Below are positions 26,176-38,446 of a stretch of 64,000 nucleotides of DNA, one piece after another. Made by a program: the position numbers and the translations under genes. The stretch comes from Phoronis australis (taxonomy: Eukaryota > Animalia > Phoronida), in the NCBI GenBank assembly GCA_002633005.1, contig NMRA01000364.1, forward strand, positions 119,075 through 183,074. Direction: 5' to 3'. The notes beneath the pieces are model-generated. The model was not told where the DNA came from. It made no database searches and saw nothing but the letters and a program-made list of their open reading frames with translations. The first letter of the stretch is position 1. Each line of letters begins with the position of its first letter.

Positions 26176-26969
26176 TAGGCAGTAATAGTTTACCTTTCAG
26201 TGCATTCCCAACTTTGATGAAAGCTGTTCACTTGTGCTGTTTTCTCGTTCCCATTGACAGTTTTGAATCTGCATGGTTTATTAGTACTTATGAACTTGGG
26301 GTTTATTCTACCTGAAGCAGGTGCATAACTATTAAAATAATTCCTAGACTGGAGCATACAATAAGTGGGCGACTTGTCTTGAGCGGACGCTAGTGTTCAG
26401 TGGCTTACTATTTTAGACACAATTGCAAGTTCGCTTAATTTTCTTGAATTCTCAATAATGTTAATATTTCGAAGAATCGTTGTATTTTCCAGTTTAACAC
26501 ATTGCTGTGCCTGTTACAAATTTCCTTACTAATTGGCAAATTTTGACGAGGTTAGCAACAAGTTTCGTGCCTGGTGCAATGAAACAGAAAACTAAATAAT
26601 TAAAACATGCACTAGCTTTTCGCCTTTATCACATCTACTCGCACAAGTTTATGTCTACTGCTGTATTTTGCACAAACTTCGTGCACTGACAAATTATAAA
26701 CTATCAGACGATAGCCACAGATGCAATCCTATACGTTACTCTGTCTAGTATGAAGTCCTGACGAAAACAATTTTTTTGATGGTGCAGTACAAGGTTGGAC
26801 TTTATCCAAATTTGTTGACCTCAAATGAGAAATTATTGAGAGCTGTGTTCAGAAACCTAGCTCTTGATGACTTCCAGCGTTACGCTCACTAAATTCCGCA
26901 CTGACGAGTTATTTTCGACTAAGGTCACGCGTGAATATAATATCATGAGCCTCATTAAGGAAAACGTAT

Positions 26970-27929
26970 TACGGTGGCCCAAAGATGACATCGCACGTTT
27001 CTTTCTTAATTATATCGGTATCTCGAGATCCCGTCTTAATTTTCCTTAGTGTGTCGCTGTTCGTAAACAGTCTTCTGGCGTGTCGCATTGCCACAGCATC
27101 CGAATCGATAGCAGAAAGAATGATTCGCAGTTTTTTTCGTTTCACCACTAAGCCATTAGTAACACATTTGTGGTGCATTTGTGCTGCCCTGGCATCGATA
27201 GTTGTCGGTCTATGAAACCAATCATATCATCAATGTCTGAATTATTGTCACAAACGCGAGAGCCCTAGTCTTGACAACAAACGCCGAAGGTGCCTAACGC
27301 TAATAATGATACCAAAGCGATACCTGAGCATGTCTAAAGTTTCTTTTTGTGACATCTCTAACTTGAAAAGATGTCTAACAGTTTCATCTCTATCCAAATT
27401 AGAATATTCTTGGTAACAGGAAACAAGGCTTCTCATATGAGAACTATTTTATAACAGTAAGAGACCTAATTCTATTTTAGTTTTTCAGCCAACAAAACTA
27501 GTTGTACTGCAGTTTTAGCGGAAAGAGTATCCCATTTACATAAGACACGTCAATCTGTTGTGGCGCTATAAGTTCTGTCCTTTTCTTAGATCATGTTTAA
27601 TCTGGACTGTTAACAGATGGAAGTTCTTAACATAAGCGTTGTCATTGATGTTTTGTTACTATGATGCGTCCTGATAGCTCTTTTGATGCGTGGGACAAGA
27701 TTGTGGTATGAGACATCAAAAAATGTAAATGTCGAAAAATCTCGTTGTTTTTATTAATACAGTAGTATAGAGTATTCGTAATGGAAACCACGATTTGTAT
27801 GTGGAGACCGGTGGGGATTTGAAAACAGTCTGTGTTGATGGAATTGAGGTCCCGAGATCATTACGTCGGATCTCAAGATGCTGAGATAATTAAAAAAGAA
27901 ACGCGCGATGTCATCCTCGGGCCACCATA
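26970..27929 (-). mobile_element. Internally deleted IS3EU-like DNA transposon with ~60-bp TIRs and a frameshifted transposase N-terminal relic
   Basis: Left tacggtggcccaaagatgacatcgcacgtttctttcttaattatatcggtatctcgagatcc is inverted at 27868-27929 (...gggccaccata), giving TAYGG..CCRTA termini. The minus-strand peptides VRHLFKLEMSQKETLDMLRYRFGIIISVRHLRRLLSRLGL / MHHKCVTNGLVVKRKKLRIILSAIDSDAVAMRHARRL match the HTH region that precedes the integrase core in this family. No TSD is evident. Confidence 0.75.
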
Positions 27930-28033
27930 CTACGAAACGAGTCTCATCTCAGCATCACTTTTACCGCGGCCAGTGGGTTGGAGGAGCTGCCAGGAGACCA
28001 CTCGGTTCGTGGTGGGAACACAAAAGGATAAAC

Positions 28034-31000
28034 ATGTCTAGTACGCCGAAGTGCCCCGTGTGCGAAAAGCCAGTGTACATTAGTAAGTACCATGTGCAGG
28101 ACGACATATTTGAATCGGTAAAATTTAGAATCATATAGCATTTCGTGTGTGTAGCATGCCCCGGGTGACTCAACAAGATTTTTGCCTGTAGCTGGGAAAT
28201 TAGGATGACCACCTATTTTAAGAGTGGACTCAAAAGAGGGCCATTTGTAGAGAGCTTCTATGAAAAAGAGGCCCTGTCGAAGTTTTTCTACTGAACCACC
28301 TCCTTTTTGTTGGGGTTAATTCCATGAAGCTGGCTTTTATGTTCAGACGTGTTTATGAAGACACGTGACATTGGCAACGTAAGGGCACCCTTTCTTAGGA
28401 AAACTTGTCGTGATCAAATCGCCCTTCTGAGCGACACGTCCAATATAGTTTTAAGATAGTACCCCCTGATAGCGCATGAACAATAGGTGCAACATGCTTG
28501 GTACGGAGCGTGCCATATGAGCTGTGGGCAGTTAACAGACCTAGTTGAATATAAGGCTTGTGTGTGTTTCTGTAAAAATCGGTACTTGCCAATGATTATA
28601 TCAAATCTATTTTGTCATGGCATGGTGAAAAGTTTTCAACAGGTTTACGGTGCTACTGTGCTACCACCAACGTTACATAAATGGTTGTAAGCTACAAATA
28701 AGGACCCGGACGTCATTGCCTCAGCATTGGTATGTTATGCTCTGTGCCCCATGACGCATCCAACCTTCATACAATATACTGCATATGTTTGAAAATCGTC
28801 ACGGAGCTTGACCTGAATGCATATTTCATTCATCAGTGGCTTTCTAGTGCGATCCCCAGCACGTCTATCTGTGCTTGATCGAACCTGTTTAGCAGTGCGC
28901 CACGTTTCCTTGAAAAGGTTCGAACACGAACTAACTGGCAAATCAAAATAATCTCGTGTCAATTAACTTGGAAATCTGAGTTACAACGTCTTGCGGAAAT
29001 TCAACCATTTTAATGGTAGTCTCTCTTACTCTCTTTCAGTTGGCCTATTCAAGCTTTCAATAACACGAGTGTAAAAAACAGTATTGATTTCAACATGTAA
29101 TCTTCCCTAAAGGGTAGTGAAGACTGAGCGAATGAAACCTTACCCATCTTGTTAATTATCTATCCCCGTGTAGTGTAACTGCCAGTATTCCCATTTGACG
29201 TGTTTTATACAGTCGAGCGATTTTTTCTCTTGAATTTCTCTCAATTAGATAGCTAACAACTATTTTGGAACGCCTTTTTAAAGTTACATAGATAATAACA
29301 ACTTACAGGGTCTCGTAATTTGAGGACCAGTTTCCTACATTGAACACAACGAAAAACTAATTAGGCCTTTTACTTTAATGAAATTGATCTCAAAATATTC
29401 CCGGTCGTGACGTGACCCTGTAACCGTTACCACCACGAACATAGACACCATCAGTGACTCTAAATCTCTTCATAGAGTTTACTGAGGTTGGCCAACGCTA
29501 AAATTGCGAACTCAAAAATGGCGCGTAATATACAAATGTACACATACTATTAGACTGTGACCTGACTTGCCAGCAACGATTCAACATCGATAAACGTGGT
29601 CAAGTTTTTAACCCCAGCACTTCGATTTAGAATTCAATACTGACAGCTGAACAGCGGTGAAATGCTCCTTCAACAGATCAAGCTGCAGTTATTTTCATAC
29701 ATAAGTTGTAACTGGAAAAAAGAAAATTTAGTTAAGTGAGTTATTTTCGCACCTCTCGGGCTCACATAGCCCGCATCATGCAGTGGCATTCCCGAGCACA
29801 ACGTCATGGCAGTATCTGGACACGGTTCGGTGATTTGTGGTGGATCGTTTTCGCCACAAAACTCGTTCTTAAAAACATTTGGCATCTTACACGCCATTCT
29901 GTATTCAGCATGATCGCAATATGCTGTATTGGTGAATTGTAACCCGTTTGGCCAAATAATTACATTGGTATTGGATTAGCTTGCAAATTCCAGTTGATGC
30001 GATTGATTCCTCTAATTTGTTTAGTAGCATTCTCGTATTATGAATTTTTTGAAAGAATTAACTTGCGAAAAGCCAGGCTGTAGCTCAACTAAAAGTACAA
30101 AAAGGTTAATTCCTAATTCAAAAATCTAAGGTCTGCAGTGGGGTCAGACTGGGATATAGAAAAAGTTAGCATCCATCCAGCCTTAAACTCCGCGAAATAT
30201 TTTCACATCCGGGATTTCAATGAAAGCGAAAAATTTTAATGTGATTAGTAGGTCTAACTAACGGGATATTCTTTGTTTCATTTTCAGATGACAAACACGT
30301 CGATTCGCTGAAAATGAAATGGCATAGAGGCTGCTTGCGATGCGTTAAGTGTTCGCGATATCTGAAAGGCGGCGAACACCAGATGGTAATTAAATGCTCG
30401 AGAAACATGTTTTCTTTCTCCGTGCTTGCATGCTAAACGTCACCGTGGTTAATCTAAAAAAACACTCAGGCCTATTAAGAGTGCTCCACATGTCGACTTG
30501 GAAAACAAAACAGCGAGAACATTCTGTTCGTTCATAATTGGTTTCTTGTAAACGCCCGCAAGCAGTTTTGGCATACGTCACAAAATTCGAACTCTACTGG
30601 TGCGAAGTCGAGGACTGAATACAACAACTTTCCTGGAATACACATTCCTGAAACGCGTTTTTTGAATGAGGCTTGAAATATCTAACTTGTGTCTTTCTCA
30701 CGCACTCCCTTCTCAAAATAGGAATCTAATACTTCTCAACTAGAACAGAGGAAATTTTCATATTTCACGATTTAAAATGGCTTGGAATCTGTTTTACTCG
30801 AGCTAATGGCTGATGGCCGCCAAAACAAAATTAGTCAGTTACGTATGATCTGCAGCTGGTTGTTAATTAAAAAGTCATCATTGTACCTGATGCAAAACAC
30901 CAACGAGGAAATGTAACAGTGATGTGAAAGAGTTTAACATGTAAACGCTTAAACTGCGTCTCGATTCTACGTAAAAATGGCTCCTCGCAACGAACAGTAA

Positions 31001-34000
31001 AATTTGCTGGTATCGAATTTAACGATGATGGAGAGATTAAAAAACAGGAATATATTGTAAAAACTCTTTGTTTGCTTTCGTGTTCATCCAAAGAACGTCT
31101 AAATTAAGGCTCTGCGAAAACACCAATTTATCAATGCCACAAAACTGGCAGAGAAAATGATGTGAGTAACATTTAAGAAAACATTCTCGTTATCGGAGTA
31201 GATTAGTGCCTTGCCATCTTCATGTGCTTCAAAGCAATTTCACAGCTGAGCCTCTAAGCTAGATACAATTTCATAGTCCAAATCAGAATCATATGGAACA
31301 TTGGGTAATTGTTGCATATCTCGTTGTAATTCTTAAAGGTATATTGAGTGCTGCTTTTGTATTATGACTAATTTCTTTGGGACGTAACGTTCACGGAAAA
31401 ATCTCATTAAGGAAGCTGGTGTGATCACTTGCTACACATGGCGGCAGCTCGCGCTATCTTCTGCTTTCTAGAAGTTCCTCGTATATACGCAACGCTGCGC
31501 GCCAGTTGCGAGTTTCCAAGCTTGGCAGAAAAACGGGGCAGTGTCTAACTCCGCACGTTAGACTAGCAGTGAGGTTTTACAAGACTGGCGGGCTCCGCTG
31601 TACAGTAAAAGGTTACTGCCAAGATATGTCAAACGAAGTGGGACAAAATCCACATTGCTTTTTATCTCACAATTTAAGGTCTATTGCCGAGTGTTGCCGT
31701 TGCGTCACAAAACTAGAGTCGTGAAATAAAGCAAGCTTAGCGGAAATAAACCTCTCGCTTCTTCGAAGAACTTTTGATTTCACACACAGCTACAAAATTA
31801 TCATTGCTCGAGACGATGGTCGGCGAATGAAATAACGCGCCAAGACAAGTCGTCTTGTGTAGACTTGTCCAAAGCAATAACGAACTGGTAGTTCTTTGTA
31901 GACCAGAAATCACATCTAGTCTTACTAAGGGGCAATATGAGACCAATTTCATAACGATGGGTGGTCTGAATCAAAAAGTTAACTTTTGAGAATGGAAGCC
32001 AGGTTTGATAAACGCTTTAACACTTTTTGTTTTGCTGTGATTATGCGGTGGCCGAAATGAGGGGCTGATTTTAGCTACTAAACCGAGCAAGTCGAGACAA
32101 AAATTTGTACGTATAGTAATATTAGCTAAACCTGACATACATGACCTGGAATGTGCTAAAACACGACTCGTTAATAACACCGAGTACGTAATTTTATCGT
32201 CTGCAAAAACACTAATACCAACAACCAAACGCGTGCCAACAAAACAATGCCGGAATTCCATGAAGGTGACAAGGTTGTGATTGTCAAATTGGTACGTGTC
32301 GCAACTGTAGGTACTCCCAGTCGGAAGCACATGCAAACAACTTCTTAAACGGGCCCATCTTCGGCGGCGAATTCCATATCCACGTTCATTCAAACGGAGA
32401 CGCACCACAACTCAAGAAACGCCGAGACTGTCTAGCTGTGTTGTCTCAAGGTCAATTCAGTGCTCACGCGCGGGGAAGAAAGGTTGACTGTTTATTTATA
32501 AATAACAGTCAACATAAGCATTTATAAACATTTATTACGTTTTATTATTACAGTTTCAAAGGCTATTTATTAGTTCTAAACTGAACATTTGTTACGAAAT
32601 CTGACTGCAATTCCTACAATTGTTAAATTTAAAATAAAACTTTAAATAATAAGTAATTGCCACTTTACTTTACATTTCGCAAGGGTGTTTTTTACAAAAG
32701 TCATGTGGTTTAAAGTTTAAGACAAGTCGAGGTTTTCGGTAAAAGAAAAAATAGATCGTTTTTACGTTTCATGTGAGAAAACAAATCCGGGCAGAGGGAT
32801 TTTGACGAAATTTCCAAGAGGTTTTTCCATGTCAAAAACCGGAGGCGAGTGTAGGACTCTCTATATTTGCACATTATAACAGTGTACACGTCCGAAAAAC
32901 ACGAATGTTGTATCGAATGAGCGTGTAATAAACCGTTTCATTCTTATTTCATCTTATTTTGAAATTGATAATTTTTGGACGCGCCGAAGCAGCACTCAAT
33001 ATAACTTGAACACGAATGTACAAAACAAGTACGGGACATTACAAACCGGGAACTTTTTGACACGGCAGTAGTACAGTTTTGTTTGATTTAATGTATAGTC
33101 AGATAAAACATCGAAAAGCAATTTTGTTTGTAAAACCAAAGGTGAGCTTTACTACATGATTAAAGCTCCGTTTGCTGACATGGTTTCACTGTAATGGATA
33201 CTCTTTCCTCATCAGTGTTTTCCGTTGATTTACTTCGGGGTGTAAACTGTTGATGTTTATCGTTTTTAGCCTTCTCCAGACTAGTATGTTCATGAGTGTT
33301 GTTTCTTGCTTTCAGTGGGAAGGGAAACCATATTGCAACAACCCATGTTATGTTCAAGTAGCACATCCTACAGGTACGTAGGCAGAGACGTAAACAGTTG
33401 TTTCTAAACAGCATTAGTCACTTTTGAAATTAGAGATGTTTACTGTTTGGTAAGTGTACGTATACATTGAGATTAAGATTCTTGGCGTCTGCGAAATACT
33501 AGTCTGCTTCCGTATAAGATTAGCTACTTTCACTTGATCTTCTGTGTTAGTGATTCAGGGGTACTGACAACCCATCCATGTAGACAATCCATTTTTCAAT
33601 TAAATTTCACAAACTTATACGCCAACCGGCGGATTCATAGGCGTCTCTCGCACGCCAACATTAGAATGTACAGTTGTGGCCATTTTACGTGCCTCTAAAA
33701 AACTTTAATATTTGCACATGCGCGGAATGAGAAGTTACATGCTAATCGGTCATGTATCCGTTAGAATTTTTGGTGAAATTAATTCAGCGGGAATTTTATG
33801 CGTAACGGAGGAGACACGTATTGTGGAATTAACCAAATCCAATTAACGTTTGTTTCTTTTCTTTTCTAGGTTCTGGTGCCCATAATTTTGGAGTGGTAAG
33901 CGATACTTGTTTATAATTATCGACATTTCCAAAAACCTACGTAAGGTAAACGGGAAGGACAGTGTACGCTTAAAGAAACTCATAAAATATTGATTGAAAT

Positions 34001-36142
34001 CATTTTATGCGCCCACCTATTTATATGCGGACGCATTATGCCGTCATCTCCGTCCGTCCGTCCGTCCGGCGTCCGCTGCTCTATCTCCAGAACCCCTTGT
34101 CGTATGTTCATGAAATTTTGCACGTGTTCCTTCAGTAGATGGGACGGCATGAGCAAATTTCGGACGGCTCCGACAACCGGTGTGCCCCTTAGTGGCAATT
34201 TTAGTTTTTTACGCTTACCTCTGTATCTTCAAAAGTCCTTAACGGATTTTAATGAAATTTGGTATGTAGGCACCTATTAGTGAGATGACGCGATCCTCTC
34301 GTTTTCGGATGGATTGAATGTAGTTTGCGCCACCTAGTGGCCGTTTTTACTGTTTTCGAGTCTGTTTTTCTGCGTCCATACCTCTATCAGCCAAACCGCT
34401 CAAAGGATGATTGTGAAAATTAGCATGTGTTCTAACTATGAAGTCGACGTCCGACGATTTTCCGACGACTTCAACTGCTGTGGCGCCTCCTAGTGGCAGT
34501 TTTGTTTTTTTGCGCCTATGGCTGTGTCTCCTAAACCGTTCGCAGGATCTTTACGAAAATTAGTAAGTATATTTATATGATGTTAACAACGGACGACGAT
34601 AACTTTCGGACAGATCTGACAACTGGTGTGCCGCCTAGTGGCAATTTTATTTTTTTACGTTTACCGATGTATCTTCAAAGGTCCTCAACGTATTTTCATA
34701 AAATTTAGCACACTGGCATCTGTTAATGAGTTGACGCTATCGCTTCGTTTTCAGATGAATTCGGTTTTGTTTGCGCCACCTAGTGGCCATTTTCACTGTT
34801 TTCGAGTCTGTTTTTTGGCGTCCACTCATCTATCAATCAAACCGTTTTCAAGATAATTGTAAATAATTGGCATGTACGTTTTTACTACGAAGTGGACAGC
34901 TGACAATGATCTTCTGGCGACTTCGTCTGCTGGGGCGCCTCCTAGTGGCAGTTTTTTTTTTTTGCGTTCATGGCTGTATCTCCTAAACTGTTTGCAGGAT
35001 CTTTACTTAATTTAGCTAGTGTATTTATATGATGTTGACTACAGACGACGACGGCTTTCTGAAAGATCTGACTACTGGTGCGCCCCCTAGTGGCAATTTT
35101 AGTTTTTACGTTTAACTCTGTATCTTCAAAAGGTCCTCATCAGATTTTCATAAAATTTTAACTATAGGCATCTATTGGTGAGATGACGCTTTTCCCCTGT
35201 TTTTGGATGGAATCGAGGTATTTTGCGCTACCTAGTGGCCATTTTGTCTGTTTTCAAATCTTGTTTTTGGCGTCTACCCCTGTATCAACCAAATCATTCT
35301 AGGGATGGTTTTGAAAATTGGCGTATATGTTCTCAGTGTGAAGAGGACGTTTGATGATGGCGACTAACTACTGTGGCGCCTCCTAGTGGTAGTTTTGATT
35401 TGTTTCGTGCCCATAGTTTTATCTCCTAAGCCCACTGCAAGATCTTTATTAAACTTTGTAAGTGTATTTATATGAAGATAACAACAGACGACGACGACTT
35501 TCAGGCAAATCCAACTGACGTTGTGCCCACTAGTAGCAATTTCATTTTATTCTGTATTCTTTTGTTCCACTGAAGTTCCTTAACAGATTTTTATGAAATA
35601 TGGCATGTTCCTGTCTTGGATGGATTGTACGTTTTTGCGCCATCTAGTGGCCATTTTTATGATAAAAATAAATAACCCTAAAAGCACACCTTTTGCAATG
35701 CATTCGTGGGCGCATTTCAACGCTCCGCGTTGCTCTTGTTATAGAGAGAGAGAGTTGAAGCGACATCTTTGGAAGCTTTCTTTTGCGAGGAGTAAGGGTG
35801 CCTGTATCGCTTTTGAAAATGTCGATAACAATGGTTTGTCTCTTGAAAATAACTTTGTGTTTACATATAACAGTCCCTAGTGGTCCGGTAAAAGAAGAAT
35901 TGACGTAGGTATCGACACTATATAATCAATAAGCAGGTTTAAGCAAAAATGAAAAAAAACGCAATGGTAGGTCTACTGATTCTTAAAGTTTCAGAAACAG
36001 CACATACGTTATAGATTTTACACTTTATGGTGTTTTTACAATGAAATTTACTGGTTGTCCGTAATCTATGAAACCAACAGCTCAAAAGATGCAGAACTTG
36101 ATAATATCATGAAAATAGTTTCGTTTTCTTTTTCAGAGATAG
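28034..36142 (+). CDS. CRIP-like single-LIM protein, copy 3 (divergent subtype, 78 aa); exons 28034-28082, 30288-30385, 33316-33373, 33870-33895, 36137-36142
   Basis: MSSTPKCPVCEKPVYINDKHVDSLKMKWHRGCLRCVKCSRYLKGGEHQMWEGKPYCNNPCYVQVAHPTGSGAHNFGVR. All Zn ligands are present; exon sizes 98/58/26/6 are identical to copy 4. Confidence 0.88.
34003..35740 (+). mobile_element. Helentron-associated (HINE/DINE-1/pearl-like) non-autonomous element with an internal ~145-160-bp tandem array
   Basis: SubTIR atgcgcccac (34007-34016) and gtgggcgcat (35706-35715); (CCGT)n microsatellite near the 5' end; tandem core repeats; 3' hairpin caacgc-tcc-gcgttg (35718-35732) followed by ctcttgtt; T-rich insertion site. 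Confidence 0.8.
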
Positions 36143-36599
36143 ACTGAAAGACTGATTTCTATCATCAAAGATAGGCTGAAAAAGATAATGGTGGTGTTTA
36201 GGCCTATACCATGAACACATGAAAATTATACGTAGGACCGAAGGTTATAGCTCTGTAGATATCTCTTGATTTCGGTGGAAATGTATCGATAAATTATTGA
36301 ATTTTGTGGCATTGACTTTTCATTTCTGAAATTTGTGTCATGTTGAGACAAATGTGGGATCATACGTGTATCGTTGGCCGAGTGCGACATAAGTCCGATA
36401 CATTACTATAATTACTCACGAATTATGACAGTAATAATTTTAGTCACTCAGAAGAAAGGATGAATAATTATAATACCAATTTTTGGGCCAAATTAGAAGC
36501 AGGAGTTTGAAAACAAAACAATGTTAGATTGCAGCATGAGCCGTCGTTTCGATATTTAACAAATGTCATCCTCAGATACAATAGTCAAACAGAACAGAA

Positions 36600-36755
36600 C
36601 TGGGCTGAGTTGCATAAAGCTTCAAAAGTTATCCTCTGGATAAGTTTGATTGTTGCATGACGTCAGGTGCATTGTTCAACAATAACAACGTGACGCGTGA
36701 TGATGCGACGTCATTGTTGCTATACGGCGTATAACTTTTATGCAACTGAGCCCAG
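36600..36755. mobile_element. Harbinger-like MITE
   Basis: ctgggctgagttgcataaa ... tttatgcaactgagcccag inverted termini with CTG/CAG outer triplets. Confidence 0.65.
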
Positions 36756-36859
36756 ATGCGTAACTGCAGAATGTTCACTTCACATCACAGTGCGCAACAC
36801 AGGATCCATCAACTTACAGCTATCTACCACAATCCCAGCCTGCATGCTCAAACAATAAT

Positions 36860-37330
36860 TGATAATTATGACAGAAAAAATATTTATGACAGTGATAAAT
36901 CAGAAGCCAGCAATAAAGACAGTAGTAAATTACCATTATCACTTATAAATCCGTATCCCATTAATAACTATTCATAAGTGCAATAATCAGAAACCAAGAA
37001 TAAGGACAGAAAAATATAATAAAATATTTACGGTATTAACAAATATATTGAACAGTAAAACATTCCAGTAGCCAGGAATAAAAACAGTATTGAATTTTAA
37101 TTATTTATTACTGTCATTATTCCTGGCTGATTTGATGCTGTCGTGAACATTTATTACCGGAATGGATATCTATTACTGTTGTAATCATTTATTACTGTTA
37201 TTATTTCTAGCTTCTGTTTGGCCGATTTACTACTGTTATACATATTCATTAGTATTACAATGATATGTTAATGTCATTATTCCTGAATTTCTGAAATTAC
37301 TAATAATTATGGAATTGTGACAATAACAAA
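36860..37330. repeat. AT-rich fold-back region with internally repeated arms
   Basis: Left units such as cagaagccagcaataaagacagtagtaaat are mirrored by right units such as atttattactgtcattattcctggctgatt; centre near 37095. Confidence 0.55.
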
Positions 37331-38446
37331 TTGGCCAAACACATACGTGCGCGCGTGTGTGGGTCCACCTTAATGTGACGCGATCACTTTCGTGTTCAAC
37401 CGAGAATTTTTATTAGACTAGCCGAAGATACTTCCAGTTTGCGAATCCAAAGAAATTTTTCCGGCAATTTAACCTTTTCTCCGCATTTAGTTTACAGGAA
37501 ATTGACACCAAACTACGTAAACTTAGTTTTCACCTGTAAGCTTGTTGCCGACATATTGAACAAACGGTTTCATACCCAAGGATGGTTCAGGAATTTTATC
37601 AGGTCAGCTGCAGTAATGGTTCTTCCGAGCCTTTGCCCGATAATGCAACATGCATATTTGAATTTGACTTTTTTTCTTGAAAATGCCATCCATAACAATA
37701 AACACAGAAATCTCGGGTGCTGCTATTTTTTCAAAAGGATCGGATGTATGCCTAGTCGTGAAATGGGAATCACGGACCATGGCAAGAACAAGCACAAACA
37801 AAGAGAAGATCAGGTAAAAATAAAAAACGTATCTCTGTGAAAAGGAAGGGCGACTATAAAAATGATGCTCCGTTTAATTTCTCGTGATCTTAATAGTTGT
37901 GCTGTTTAGATCGAGTTAAGATTTCGTGCCACGAGTCAAACGCTGACGAAAACCACTTACATTTGGCTGTCGCAGAATTCATGATATATGACAGCACAAA
38001 AAAAAACTGGAAAAGTATTTTATCTATGAATAAAAATCAACATGTACATTCGCTGTGGTATGATTGCTAACGATAGCAATACTGCAAGAAAGTAATCAAC
38101 CAGTAAATCAACCCCTGTCCTCATATCTTGTCCGTTCTCCATTTTCGTACTGTTCTTCCTGTTTGAATGCCTGTCCATTCCGTCCAAAGTACGCCCTTCT
38201 CTCATGTTTGGGCCATTCACACTTGAAAGTCCGTGCTTCCAATCGAAGGTCCATGCCTCCAGTTTTAGGGCTAAACCTGAAATGCACTAAAAATGAAAGT
38301 GTGAAACAGCGTATACCTTTTCACGTTAACTAAACAACACGCAGTCATTCGTGTAAGCACGTGACGAAACATGTGCACTGTCAGATCAACGCCTGGACGA
38401 AACATAGCCTGGAAGCTAGCAGAGCTTTTGGGGAAGGCGCAACACC

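Noticed and set aside
25854-26315. His-rich 153-aa ORF as a metal-binding protein
   Set aside because: Product of a CAT/CAC microsatellite; low complexity in all frames and no gene structure.
34182-35652. Regularly spaced short motifs as a CRISPR array
   Set aside because: The intervening sequences are homologous to each other (tandem monomers), the context is eukaryotic and there are no cas genes.
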